Positions 49,945 through 60,239 are shown, counted from the first letter of the stretch. The stretch: 64,000 bases of DNA from Spirochaetota bacterium (GCA_963664815.2 CAXXHB010000003.1:672001-736000); one strand, 5' to 3'. The notes: generated by a model from the sequence alone, not told the origin. Numbers and translations: made by a program.

Positions 49945-51918
49945 ATGGTTGTAAGCTATCCTATTTACTCGGCAACCGGTGAATTTCTAGGGATAACAGG
50001 CGGCCCGCTGAATATTGATTTTATGATAAAGAACATTTCTTCAATAAAAATCGGGAATACCGGATACCCCTTTATTGTTGATCACAGAGGTGTTGTAATT
50101 GTCCATCATGATAAAACCCATATATTAAAGACAAACATGTATGAACTCCAGGGTAGTTTAAAAATAACAAGGAGAATGATGAATAACGAAACCGGTTCAG
50201 AAGAGTATATATATAATGATATAAAAAAAATAGCCGGATTCGCACCTGTACCATTCACAGGATGGAAAGTTGTAGTAACACAGAACCGTGATGAAATTTT
50301 TGCGCCGTCAAGGTCTGTGCTTTATTTTATTATTTTCAGCGGAGTTATATTCATGGCAACTGTTTCAGCCGGTATTGTTTTTATTTCCAGAAAAATCAGC
50401 GGTTCTGTTGAGAACACCATTAAGATACTCAGGGAAATAACAGAACACACAAACGAGGTTGTTCTGACAATCGGCCGGGACGGGAGAATTAACTGGGCTA
50501 ACTCCATCATGGAAAATATTACCGGTATATCGCCAAGAGATTTACAGGGACGGGAACCTGTATTGACAAATTTAAATAATACGCCTGAAGATGAAATCTG
50601 GAATATACTGAATGGCGGAAACGCATGGACCGGCCGGATTATTCTGAAAGATTTAAACAATGAAGACGTTATCCTTGCAGCAATGATACTCCCTGTAAAA
50701 AATGAGAAGGGTAATATATACAGCTATATAGAGATCGGGCGGAATATTACACACGATCTTATGATTGAAAACAGGTTGAGACAGGCTCAGAAAATAGAAG
50801 CTGTGGGTACACTTGCCGGAGGAATTGCCCATGATTTCAACAATATTCTTGCCGGAATCTTCGGTTATGCGCAGATTGTACTTATGAATCCTGACGACAA
50901 AGTCCGCACAAAAAAAAATATTAAAGAGATACTGAAAGCTGCAGAGAGAGCCAGGGATCTTGTTCAGCAGATACTTACTTTCAGCCGCAAAACAGATGTT
51001 GAGTTTAAGCCGGTGAATATTGCATCTGTTATAAAGGAGGCGATTATCTTTCTGAGGGCATCAATACCTGCAACAATTGAACTGCATGAATCCATTGACA
51101 GCAATGCATATATTATGGGTGACAGGATACAGATCCACCAGGTTATTATAAATCTCTGCACCAACGCAACCCATGCCATAGGAAACAGCAGGGGAGTAAT
51201 AGATATCAGTCTTCATGATTTAGTTGCAGACAAGGAATTCACCAGACTTCATCCTGGACTATCGGAAGGACATCATGTGCAGATTACCGTAGCTGATTCA
51301 GGTAAAGGGATGGAGCCTGAAGTAATGGAAAAAATCTTTGATCCGTTTTTTACAACAAAACCTCAGGGAGAGGGTACAGGCCTCGGACTTTCCGTTGTAC
51401 ATGGTATTATTCAGACATTGAAGGGAATTATAAATGTTTACAGTAAACCGGGGAATGGGACGACTTTTAATGTAGTATTGCCGGTCACTACTGACATTGA
51501 GCATAGCCATGAAACGGAAAATCAGGAAAATACAATTATCGGAGGCAGCGAAAGAATACTTCTGATAGACGATGAATCTGCAATTATAAACTCATTTAAA
51601 CCGGCACTGGAAAAGCTTGGTTATGCAGTAAAGGCATTTTCGGACCCTCTGCAGGCCCTTGATGATTTCAGATCAAATCCATATTCGTATGATATCATAA
51701 TTACAGATCACACAATGCCACGGATGACAGGAATAGAAGTTGCATATGAAATCCGGAATCTAAGAGATGATATTATGGTAATTTTAAGTTCAGGGTACAT
51801 TGATCGTAATATAGAGGAGATTTCCAGGAGAGCAGGGATTACTGAAATTGTAAGAAAGCCTGCGACCCTGTATGATCTCTCGATTGTCATCAGAAAGGCT
51901 CTGGATAAGATGGCGTAA
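49945..51918 (+). CDS. Hybrid histidine kinase (partial dCache - TM - PAS - HisKA - HATPase - REC), 5'-truncated
   Basis: LAGGIAHDFNNIL, FDPFFTTK..GEGTGLGL, ITDHTMP. Begins mid-Cache domain (upstream in-frame SPPVVSKATGK) with no first TM helix. Confidence 0.85.
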   Translation: MVVSYPIYSATGEFLGITGGPLNIDFMIKNISSIKIGNTGYPFIVDHRGVVIVHHDKTHILKTNMYELQGSLKITRRMMNNETGSEEYIYNDIKKIAGFAPVPFTGWKVVVTQNRDEIFAPSRSVLYFIIFSGVIFMATVSAGIVFISRKISGSVENTIKILREITEHTNEVVLTIGRDGRINWANSIMENITGISPRDLQGREPVLTNLNNTPEDEIWNILNGGNAWTGRIILKDLNNEDVILAAMILPVKNEKGNIYSYIEIGRNITHDLMIENRLRQAQKIEAVGTLAGGIAHDFNNILAGIFGYAQIVLMNPDDKVRTKKNIKEILKAAERARDLVQQILTFSRKTDVEFKPVNIASVIKEAIIFLRASIPATIELHESIDSNAYIMGDRIQIHQVIINLCTNATHAIGNSRGVIDISLHDLVADKEFTRLHPGLSEGHHVQITVADSGKGMEPEVMEKIFDPFFTTKPQGEGTGLGLSVVHGIIQTLKGIINVYSKPGNGTTFNVVLPVTTDIEHSHETENQENTIIGGSERILLIDDESAIINSFKPALEKLGYAVKAFSDPLQALDDFRSNPYSYDIIITDHTMPRMTGIEVAYEIRNLRDDIMVILSSGYIDRNIEEISRRAGITEIVRKPATLYDLSIVIRKALDKMA

Positions 51919-51925
51919 AATTTTC

Positions 51926-52675
51926 CTATCTGTAAACAGGCATATTAACCCTGATATTTTTTGCTGATTTTACGCTGTCCTTCTTGACCTTACACTTCGA
52001 TATGGTCAGCATGGGGAAGACCACTTCAAGATTTACCTTTTTATCATCGATCATCACAAATACTGTGTCACCCATCTGAAGCATTGTTTTCTGTGAACTG
52101 ACTGCAATTACAAGTTCAGATTCATTCATTTTATAAATCTTTCCTATTAATCGTTTCGCAGAATTTTCCTTTTTATCTTTTCCTTTAACATCTTCAGATG
52201 ATGTTTTCACAGAATCCATCATTCTGACCAGGGTTTCAGTTCCTTTTTTTTTATATCCATTACCATCATCATTTGACCATTCTACTTTAAGTTTATTTTC
52301 TGCAACATAAAGTAGTCTAAAATTAACTGTATATTTTGTTGAGGGTACATAGTAGCTCCAGTTTAGTTCATTTCCGTCCCATCTGCTTGATATTACTTTC
52401 TGGTTTTCAACCGGTTTATTATCGCTGCCGAAATTAACTATTGAACTGACAGTGTAATTATTGTCAGTTCTATTGATAGAATGGAGGTTATGAGTTTCTG
52501 GGTCTTCCCATACCCCCTCCAGTCCTTTTATTACTTTATTCACTTTATTCTCTGAAACGATATTATCTGCTTTTTCAGGATTTTTTCTGAAGGTCTCCTT
52601 TTTGGGAGAGTTGCATCCTGACATCAGCAGAAGTGACAGAGACAGTATAAGAGATTTCTGATTGATATAATTCAT
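51926..52675 (-). CDS. Hypothetical lipoprotein with the same C-terminal beta domain as the WG-repeat protein
   Basis: Lipobox LLMSGC; LEGVW beta-barrel-like domain; C-terminus LIG...MGD...FPM.T..KC.V. Confidence 0.8.
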   Translation of the reverse strand: MNYINQKSLILSLSLLLMSGCNSPKKETFRKNPEKADNIVSENKVNKVIKGLEGVWEDPETHNLHSINRTDNNYTVSSIVNFGSDNKPVENQKVISSRWDGNELNWSYYVPSTKYTVNFRLLYVAENKLKVEWSNDDGNGYKKKGTETLVRMMDSVKTSSEDVKGKDKKENSAKRLIGKIYKMNESELVIAVSSQKTMLQMGDTVFVMIDDKKVNLEVVFPMLTISKCKVKKDSVKSAKNIRVNMPVYR

Positions 52676-52870
52676 ATTTAAACCTTTGATATAATATAAT
52701 ACTCTGAATAAGATAAAAGTTAGACACTTAGTCAAGCAGGCAACTGAATTTTTATATGTCATGCATTTTAAATTTTATCGATCTGTCCTTATGCAAGTAT
52801 TCCTGCGGGGGGAGTGAAAATTCCGTTTACCGGTTATGGCAATAACTGCACATAGAATCTTAGTGTAATA

Positions 52871-53578
52871 TTATAAACCCGATGCGGTTTTATAAAATAT
52901 ATTCAGCCTGTTGATTATCCAGTTAAAATCATTTTTAAAATTCCAGGGTTTGTCCCCGGTAATAACAATATTTCTCCTCAGAACCAGCCCCCTGTTGTCT
53001 ATTAATGCGTACGGGTAAACACGGAAGATATCATGCAATGCGTCGCGGGTTTCCGCCGGTGACAGAAGAGCATCAATCTTATCCTGCTGTATATTGAGCA
53101 CCGAGACTAAATCTTCAAGAGGAGATTCTTTGGAAAACTGTCCGCCGCCAACTATGTTTTTAACAGAGTTGATAATTTTATTCTTTGCTTCTATTCTGAT
53201 ATCCGGATCAAGCGGATGCCGGAAAAAAATATTTACTGACAGTATATCCTTCTTATAGCCATCTTCGAATTTCACACTTATGCTGTAATCCCTGTAGATA
53301 CCGGAAAGGGCTATATCATACGGTTTTAGTCTGAAGGTCATTGCAAGCCCCAGGTAAGTGTGCGGATTTAATGATTTTGACGGATTGCTTATTATTGCAG
53401 CACAGCGGTTTTCAAACTGAAGCCCGGTTTTTTCGGCCCCTTCGCGAAGTGCTTTTTCCCACCGGATGAAAGAACCGGAGTAATCTTTCATGATAATGGT
53501 AAAAAAAATTAAAATAATGCCTGCTGTCGGAATGAAGAATAACAGATACACAGGGATCTCTAATATTGCGCTTATCAT
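52871..53578 (-). CDS. Hypothetical membrane-anchored protein
   Basis: N-terminal TM helix, 235-aa ORF, GGGGT RBS-like site. Confidence 0.7.
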   Translation of the reverse strand: MISAILEIPVYLLFFIPTAGIILIFFTIIMKDYSGSFIRWEKALREGAEKTGLQFENRCAAIISNPSKSLNPHTYLGLAMTFRLKPYDIALSGIYRDYSISVKFEDGYKKDILSVNIFFRHPLDPDIRIEAKNKIINSVKNIVGGGQFSKESPLEDLVSVLNIQQDKIDALLSPAETRDALHDIFRVYPYALIDNRGLVLRRNIVITGDKPWNFKNDFNWIINRLNIFYKTASGL

Positions 53579-53761
53579 CCGATTCTACCCCCGTTTTTCC
53601 GGCTAAAAGATAAACCGGGTATTTATCCCTGCTGTTCCAGGGATAATAATGCACATGCAGCCTGCATGTTATAACTGATATTACTGTTATTTTGAATATG
53701 ACAATCTGCCGTATGGCAACTGTTTTTTTATCATTATATTGCTTATTCGGCATATGCCTTA

Positions 53762-55090
53762 TTACATCGACATCCCCACGTAGAACGAAAACTCCGTATT
53801 ATCTGTCTTTACATTATGCCCCACGTTGAATCCCATTGCCGGGAGCGAGATGTTTTTCAGGTAGAGCAGTGTGCCGCATCCGGGTCCGTAATAGCGTGTT
53901 GTATCAACTTCGTCGCTGCCGAATAACCCCTGTTCCCAGAACGCCTGTATGGTCACCGCTCCACGGGAGAACCTGAACAGAGGGTATTCATATATTGCCG
54001 TGCCATTAATCCACCTGTCAGCGGATATAATGTCAGGTGGGAGAGTCATTGTTCCAGTTCTGCCGCTGATTCTCTCACCCATTATTTCAGGTCTGTTGCC
54101 GTATGAGCCGGAGGAGTGTATGGCAAGCCTGTGGTATGTGAAGAGTTTGAATGAGTATTGTGCATTATACTGCCCGTAGCTGTAGTCAGCGCCTGTGCCG
54201 TCGTTAAAGCAGTAGTACCATCCTGAATCCAGTTTGAATCCGTAAAAGAGGTACTCGTAATGGTAAATCCTGTCGACATTAAGCAGCAGGCCTGCGGGGT
54301 AGACCTTCACAGAATCGGGCAGGTTATAGCCTCTGTTGTATTCTTTATCGATAATGTTCTGTCTGTATCCGCCTGAAAGGAACAGGTTTATGCTATATGG
54401 AAATGAATATCCCAGGTCAGCACGGCAAAGCATGTTCTCTGCCCTGTACTCATTGAAGGTATTCTCCTTCATATCACCTGTTTCGTAGATAAATTTTTTA
54501 TAGGAGAGGAACAGGTTGAACCTGAGATCGGTGCTGTTCAGCGAGGGATCCACAAAGCCGATAAGCGCGCTGTTCCCCGCTGTTGAGTAGCTCCCTCCGG
54601 CAAAAATCATTTTACCGTAGCCCATGAAGTTGCTCTCCATGACATAAAGCCCTGCAGAGAGTCTGTTCCCGTTGCTTGTGAAGAGAGGTATTGGGATTAA
54701 GGTCCATTTTTCACGGACAATGATCTCCACGATCACTCCTTCATTCTCCCGTATGTAGTTAAGCTCAATGCTGCTGAATATGTTTTTCTTTTTGAGGCTG
54801 TTGACCGTGTGATAGCAGTCGAATGACGAGAGGTTCTCTCCGGGCTGTGTGTGAATTTCTTTGAGGATTGTTAGTGGTCTTGTTTTGCTTATGCCTGATA
54901 TGCGGAAATCTTTTATAACCATATTGCCATGCTGCTGTATAAAACCGTCGCGCCTGCCGGAAAGATATTTCTCTTCGTATTTATAATCCTCAGGGCCGTT
55001 ATCATCTGCATCTGTTACAGAGGCCGTAGCCGGCATAAGCGCCATGGAGATCAGTAAGGACAGAAATATCTGTCTGATAATTAGTTTCAT
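53762..55090 (-). CDS. Omp85/BamA-TamA-like outer membrane protein with one POTRA domain
   Basis: Signal peptide; I.G.SKT....I...V.I.VREKW, ESNFMGYG; amphipathic beta strands ending FSFYVGMSM. Confidence 0.8.
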   Translation of the reverse strand: MKLIIRQIFLSLLISMALMPATASVTDADDNGPEDYKYEEKYLSGRRDGFIQQHGNMVIKDFRISGISKTRPLTILKEIHTQPGENLSSFDCYHTVNSLKKKNIFSSIELNYIRENEGVIVEIIVREKWTLIPIPLFTSNGNRLSAGLYVMESNFMGYGKMIFAGGSYSTAGNSALIGFVDPSLNSTDLRFNLFLSYKKFIYETGDMKENTFNEYRAENMLCRADLGYSFPYSINLFLSGGYRQNIIDKEYNRGYNLPDSVKVYPAGLLLNVDRIYHYEYLFYGFKLDSGWYYCFNDGTGADYSYGQYNAQYSFKLFTYHRLAIHSSGSYGNRPEIMGERISGRTGTMTLPPDIISADRWINGTAIYEYPLFRFSRGAVTIQAFWEQGLFGSDEVDTTRYYGPGCGTLLYLKNISLPAMGFNVGHNVKTDNTEFSFYVGMSM

Positions 55091-55184
55091 TATTAATTCC
55101 GGGTGATTTAATTATCGGGCATTACCGGAAGAAAAAATAACTGAAGAAAATTTTTCTCCGGTAATGCTGTGAATCAGAAAAAGA

Positions 55185-56024
55185 CTATTTCTGCTCTTCC
55201 ATCCGGAAGTTAATCCACTTAAATCTTTTTACCTTTTTATCTGACTGTCTGTAGTCCTGAATATTTTCGTCAAAGTTTGAGGTTATTCCGACAAGTCTAA
55301 TTTCATCTTTAAGAGATTTATCTGAAGATGGAAAGATCATCTCCTCTTCATAATGAAAAACACCGGCTTCAAAAACTGAGGTGTCTGTTCCGAGATAATA
55401 CAGCTTTTCATCAGAAATCCCTATCCAGATATTACCCGCCGGGTAACCGCATGCTTCATAATTACAATTAATAGATATAATATGTTTCAATCCCGAAAGA
55501 CCCAAGTTGTTGTGAAAATTGACAGTTATATTATATACATAAAAAGGGTTTTCACCCCCTGACGGAAAATCATGAAGCGTCACCGGCAGAGATGAAATAA
55601 TTTTACCATCATGTATTAATCTGCACTCACCTTCAAATCCCCCGTTCGCTGCATATTTTCTGAACCCGAATATAAGGAGATCTTTATCTGTTTTCTGATA
55701 TCCGGCAGCAATGAGTCCGCCCCATATATATCCTGTTACCTTCTTTTCATTTTTCATATAGCTGATCTGATACCAGTATTCACTGAATCCGTTCTGTGAC
55801 ATCACCCTGGATGTCTTTTTTAATATCTTCACAGGAAAACCGGCTGGAAGAGTATCTGCAATATTCGTTTCTGCGATTTCCGGGATCTTCCTGACGCGTG
55901 CGTTATCACCAAAAATAAAAGTATTGCTATTTTCTACAAAGCTGCCATGGTAAATAATATTTTGATCTCCGCCATAAACACAAAAAGAAAAAAACAGAAA
56001 GAGCAGCATAAAGTATTTTCTCAT
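55185..56024 (-). CDS. Exported protein with bacterial SH3-like domain
   Basis: Signal peptide; ARVRKIP...L..G.PVKIL...WYQISY....TGYIWGG. Confidence 0.75.
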   Translation of the reverse strand: MRKYFMLLFLFFSFCVYGGDQNIIYHGSFVENSNTFIFGDNARVRKIPEIAETNIADTLPAGFPVKILKKTSRVMSQNGFSEYWYQISYMKNEKKVTGYIWGGLIAAGYQKTDKDLLIFGFRKYAANGGFEGECRLIHDGKIISSLPVTLHDFPSGGENPFYVYNITVNFHNNLGLSGLKHIISINCNYEACGYPAGNIWIGISDEKLYYLGTDTSVFEAGVFHYEEEMIFPSSDKSLKDEIRLVGITSNFDENIQDYRQSDKKVKRFKWINFRMEEQK

Positions 56025-56159
56025 AAAACTCTCCTTTATGATAACAGATTATCTGGTATCCTGGCAACAGATCGGATTTTATAACGAATCTGAAACTTAA
56101 TCAACTCATATAGACAAATGGGTGGTTTGTCAACCCGGAATCTTGCTTTCTGTTCAGGC

Positions 56160-56384
56160 TTTATTGACAATGAACTCTATGTTAAAAAGTGTAATGAACA
56201 TTGACCGGTCAAGGATGTCTCCTTTAAAGATGGATAGATTGTTATTGATGAACATTTATGTCCGGGATGCGGACTCTGTGCCGCTAAATGCCCGAAGAGT
56301 GCCATAAGGCTTAATCTGCAAACCCCATTAAAAGAAAAAATACAGGATTATTTCACAGATGGCGGTCTTGAGGTGAAAATATAA
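56160..56384 (+). pseudogene. 4Fe-4S-binding protein remnant
   Basis: ...KKCNEH*PVKDVSFKDG*IVIDEHLCPGCGLCAAKCPKSAI...VKI*: one intact ferredoxin motif, upstream in-frame stops. Confidence 0.75.
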
Positions 56385-56387
56385 TCG

Positions 56388-56700
56388 GGAAAAGCGGCTC
56401 CATCTCTGCCGTATAAATTCACTCTTAAAACCATTGTTATTTTATAGTTGCCTGAAATTGTAATAACAGACTACAGAGTGTTATGTTATATATAAAATCT
56501 GTTCATCCGCCAGCCGATAAGCAGTTACACCATCCATCGATGGCTGCAAAGTATAAAAGATTTAGTACTATGTATTCATAGAAAACACCACTAATACATA
56601 GAACGGAATTTATACTCCTGCCGCAATATTCTGTTGCTAATTAAAATCACCGTAATTAAAGACTGCCGCATAGTGTATTCTGCCGGGTTAAAAAAGTAAC
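56388..56700 (+). repeat. Conserved non-coding element, copy B (~310 bp)
   Basis: Colinear with 59572-59885 from GGAAAAGCGGCT.CATCTC onward; core also matches 37880-38003 (minus). Confidence 0.88.
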
Positions 56701-56829
56701 TTCACCTCTGCGTCTGGTGGGTCTCTCCAGCCACAGAATACATAAGATCTTGGATCAAGAACGCTCATTGAACGGCTTGTCCTGAGCATCGGAGTAAGTC
56801 AAAATGAGCAGGTTATTAAAGGAAAATAA

Positions 56830-57204
56830 ATGGCGGAATTATTACCTCTTCCTGTTTTTAATGATAGCAGGGGATCGCTTAATGTAATTGAAGCATCAAA
56901 AACAGTAAATTTTGAAATTAAACGGATGTATTCTATATATAATGTACCCGGAGATGTAGAAAGAGGGGGTCACAGACATAGAACAACAACCCAGGCCTTG
57001 ATATGCGTAAAGGGTGATTGTAAAATATTTGTTGATAATGGATCTGAGAAAAATGAGTACATTCTGGACAGTCCGGATAAGTGTCTTATTGTAAAACCTG
57101 AAGACTGGCATACAATGCACAGCTTTTCAGATGATGCAGTTCTTATTGTGCTTTCATCAACTCATTATGACAAAAATGATTATATAGATGAGAAATATAA
57201 TTAA
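56830..57204 (+). CDS. fdtA: dTDP-4-keto-6-deoxyglucose 3,4-ketoisomerase (FdtA/QdtA cupin)
   Basis: DSRGSL..IE...FEIKR.Y...RGGH.H...WHTM..FS...L.VL.S..YD..DYI. Confidence 0.9.
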   Translation: MAELLPLPVFNDSRGSLNVIEASKTVNFEIKRMYSIYNVPGDVERGGHRHRTTTQALICVKGDCKIFVDNGSEKNEYILDSPDKCLIVKPEDWHTMHSFSDDAVLIVLSSTHYDKNDYIDEKYN

Positions 57205-57216
57205 TGAGAAATATAA

Positions 57217-58302
57217 ATGATAGAATATGAAAGTCTAAAACTTGTAAATAGACCATTTTTTGAAGACTTCAGAAGATCTTTTAATAATACTATTGAAAGC
57301 GGGCGGTATATTCTCGGCCAGAATGTAATGGATTTTGAGAAAGAATTTGCGCATTACAATAATTCAAAATATTGCACAGGCGTGGCATCCGGTCTGGATG
57401 CACTTACCCTGTCGCTGGATGCGTTCTGTTTTGAACCAGGGTGTGAAGTACTTGTCCCTTCAAATACATATATAGCAACTATTCTGTCTATATTACATAA
57501 TAATCTGAAACCGGTACTTGTTGAACCGGATATCCGTACGTATAATATTGATCCATCCGGAATTGAAGAAAAGATAACAGGGAAAACAAGGGCTGTAATT
57601 GTTGTACATCTTTATGGCAAATCCTGTAATATGGATCCAATAATTGACATTGCTGCAAAGTATAATCTGAAGGTGATAGAGGATTGCGCCCAATCTCACG
57701 GTGCGAAGTATAAAGGACGCAATACAGGGACATTCGGTGATTTCGGAGCATTCAGTTTTTATCCTACAAAAAATCTTGGTGCTCTCGGCGATGCAGGGGC
57801 TGTTGTTACTGATGATGAGAATCTTAAAAAGAAAATTAATCAGCTGCGGAACTATGGTTCGGACATAAAATATTACAATGAGGTAGTGGGCTTTAATTCA
57901 AGGCTTGATGAAGTTCAGGCCGGGTTCCTTTCCATAAAACTGAAAAAGCTTGATGAAATTAATTCACACAAAAGAAAGCTGGCTGAAATTTATCAAAAAA
58001 ATCTAAAGGATGATTTTATAAAACCTGTAGTTGATCCTGACTACCATGATGTCTATCATATTTATAATATCAGACATGAAAAGAGAGACGCTGTCCGGGA
58101 ATATCTTCTGAAGCATGATATTAAAACCGAAATCCATTACCCGGTTTTTCCCCATAAACAGAAAGCGATGAAGGATATTTTTAAAGGGGAGGATTATCCG
58201 ATCTCACAGGAGATACACTGCACCACGCTCAGTCTGCCCGTCTCCTATGGCCATTCCGGGAATGATATATACAGAGTCGTTGAAGTTCTTAATAAATTCT
58301 GA
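57217..58302 (+). CDS. fdtB: DegT/DnrJ/EryC1/StrS aminotransferase (FdtB-like)
   Basis: [37 protein letters not shown]; follows fdtA. Confidence 0.88.
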   Translation: MIEYESLKLVNRPFFEDFRRSFNNTIESGRYILGQNVMDFEKEFAHYNNSKYCTGVASGLDALTLSLDAFCFEPGCEVLVPSNTYIATILSILHNNLKPVLVEPDIRTYNIDPSGIEEKITGKTRAVIVVHLYGKSCNMDPIIDIAAKYNLKVIEDCAQSHGAKYKGRNTGTFGDFGAFSFYPTKNLGALGDAGAVVTDDENLKKKINQLRNYGSDIKYYNEVVGFNSRLDEVQAGFLSIKLKKLDEINSHKRKLAEIYQKNLKDDFIKPVVDPDYHDVYHIYNIRHEKRDAVREYLLKHDIKTEIHYPVFPHKQKAMKDIFKGEDYPISQEIHCTTLSLPVSYGHSGNDIYRVVEVLNKF

Positions 58303-58313
58303 GTGTAAACCCG

Positions 58314-59225
58314 ATGAAATTATCAATATGCATACCTGTCTACAATGGTTCTGAAACGATAGAGGATCTTGTAAATTCCGTGTTTGAAAACCTGAAACAG
58401 CATCAAGTTGAGATAGTCATGGTAAATGACGGCAGCCATGATAACAGCGAGGATGTATGTGAAGCAATAGTAAAAAATAAGAAGAATGTTAAATTTATTT
58501 CACTCAGAAAAAATTTCGGTGAGCATAATGCAGTTATGTGCGCTCTGAATTATACGGATGGTGATTATATCGCAATAATTGATGATGATTTTCAGAATCC
58601 GCCTGAGGAAATTATAAAACTTTTAAGTGAAGCAGAAAAGGGATATGATGTTGTTTATTCAAAATACGAGATCAAGAAACACCACTGTTTCAGGAACTTA
58701 GGGAGCAGGTTCAATAATATCGTCGCAACCTGGCTTCTTAATAAACCAGCGAGTCTTTATCTTTCAAGTTTCAAGGTGATAAACAAGGATTTAAAAAATG
58801 AAATTATAAAGTACACAGGGCCGTTTCCCTATATTGATGGTCTTATTCTGAGAGCCACAAATAATATTACATCAGTTTATGTTCAGCATGATGCAAGAAA
58901 GATCGGGAGATCTAATTATACGCTATCAAAACTGCTTTCACTATGGCTTAATATGTTTATAAATTTTTCAATCAAGCCCATGAGAATTTTTACATTTTTC
59001 GGGATAATCGTATCCATCTTCAGTTTTATTCTGGCAGTTTTTTTTATTATTGATAAAATACTCCATCCAGAAAATCAATCAGGATGGACTTCACTTGCAG
59101 TTTCTATATTGTTCTTTTCCGGTATACAGATTGTATTTATGGGCCTTATCAGTGAATATATCGGGAAGCAGTACCTTGACTCAAATAAAACCCCGCAATG
59201 GACTGTGAAGAAAAAAATATTATGA
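58314..59225 (+). CDS. GT2 polyprenol-phosphate glycosyltransferase (ArnC/GtrB-like)
   Basis: IPVYN, VNDGS.D, NFGEHNA, DDDFQNPPE, two C-terminal TM helices. Confidence 0.92.
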   Translation: MKLSICIPVYNGSETIEDLVNSVFENLKQHQVEIVMVNDGSHDNSEDVCEAIVKNKKNVKFISLRKNFGEHNAVMCALNYTDGDYIAIIDDDFQNPPEEIIKLLSEAEKGYDVVYSKYEIKKHHCFRNLGSRFNNIVATWLLNKPASLYLSSFKVINKDLKNEIIKYTGPFPYIDGLILRATNNITSVYVQHDARKIGRSNYTLSKLLSLWLNMFINFSIKPMRIFTFFGIIVSIFSFILAVFFIIDKILHPENQSGWTSLAVSILFFSGIQIVFMGLISEYIGKQYLDSNKTPQWTVKKKIL

Positions 59226-59287
59226 AGCATTACGCTGAAAAAAAGGTACTGATAATGAAAAATGATTGTTTTGTCAGTCCGGAATAA
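59222..59287 (+). pseudogene. Possible stub of an NAD-dependent epimerase/dehydratase gene
   Basis: ATGA-coupled to the GT2 stop; MKHYAEKKVLI resembles the start of an SDR (…KKVLITGG) but stops after 21 codons. Confidence 0.45.
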
Positions 59288-59305
59288 TTTTTTTTATTTC
59301 CGACA

Positions 59306-59398
59306 TTTCGATACAGGCTGCGCCCTACTCAGTGCAAGTGGTTTGAACCAGGGTTGTGAGCGAAGCCGAACCACACTTCGGCAGGGCTCAGTGCAAGT
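59306..59398. repeat. Cluster of degenerate REP-like units
   Basis: TTCG...CTCAGTGCAAGTG twice with an inverted TGAGCGAAGCCGAA between them; related units at 59915-59995. Confidence 0.65.
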
Positions 59399-59571
59399 GT
59401 CACAAGTAAGGTTACAGTATGTAACTTGAATTGAGGTGGTTCAGAATACAGTGCGTACTATAATATATGTAAAATCTCTGATTAATATAAAAATGGTAAC
59501 ATCATAACGATATACTCCGTTTAATGATGATTGAAAATTAAACATTAAGATATATAAGAAAATTGTATTCA

Positions 59572-59885
59572 GGAAAAGCGGCTACATCTCAACCAGATAA
59601 AAACATTTTTGAAATCACGATTAAATTAAAATGACCTGTAAATTACTGGCTATTATAGTCTGCGGTGTGTTATGTTTTATATGAAATATATTTATCTGCC
59701 TGGCAATAAACAATTGAGCAATTGTTTATTGTTGTTAAATATAAAAGATTTAGTACTATGAAATCATAGATATTATAACTAATATATAGAACGGATTTTT
59801 TCTCCTGACAGAATATTCTATTGCTAATTTACATCCTGAGAATTAGAGACTGCTGATAACATTTAATCTTCGTTCAGAAAAACAT
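59572..59885 (+). repeat. Conserved non-coding element, copy C (~310 bp)
   Basis: See copy B. Confidence 0.88.
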
Positions 59886-60239
59886 TCTGGTCAAGATAAA
59901 ATTTATTCACAGGTACTTCGGATCCGCTCAGTAAGCGATGGGTAACGGGTTTTTTTAATTCATGTACAGAACTCCCATTGAGTGGAGTCGAAATGAGCGA
60001 TTTACGAAATCAACCCGCGGGTAGCGCAGGTGCTTCGAATAGCGGTTGTTTGATAAAGTCGGACAATGGATTGTCAAGACGGAATAACATATTTGCTTCC
60101 TGTGATTTTTTAATATGTCCCCTTCTCATCAGGAGTTTCCGGTGACCGGAAGGGTACTCTAAGACGTATTTTCTTATATTAAAAAATTTAGTATATAAAA
60201 CAAAAATTAGATATATAACTATTAACTATTGGAGGTTTT

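Noticed and set aside
53412-53753. 113-aa ORF as a gene
   Set aside because: Overlaps the 52871..53578 gene in another frame by 167 nt and has no motif.
56620-56642. Sigma54 promoter in the three-copy element (conserved TTGC)
   Set aside because: None of the three copies has GG ten bases upstream of the GC.
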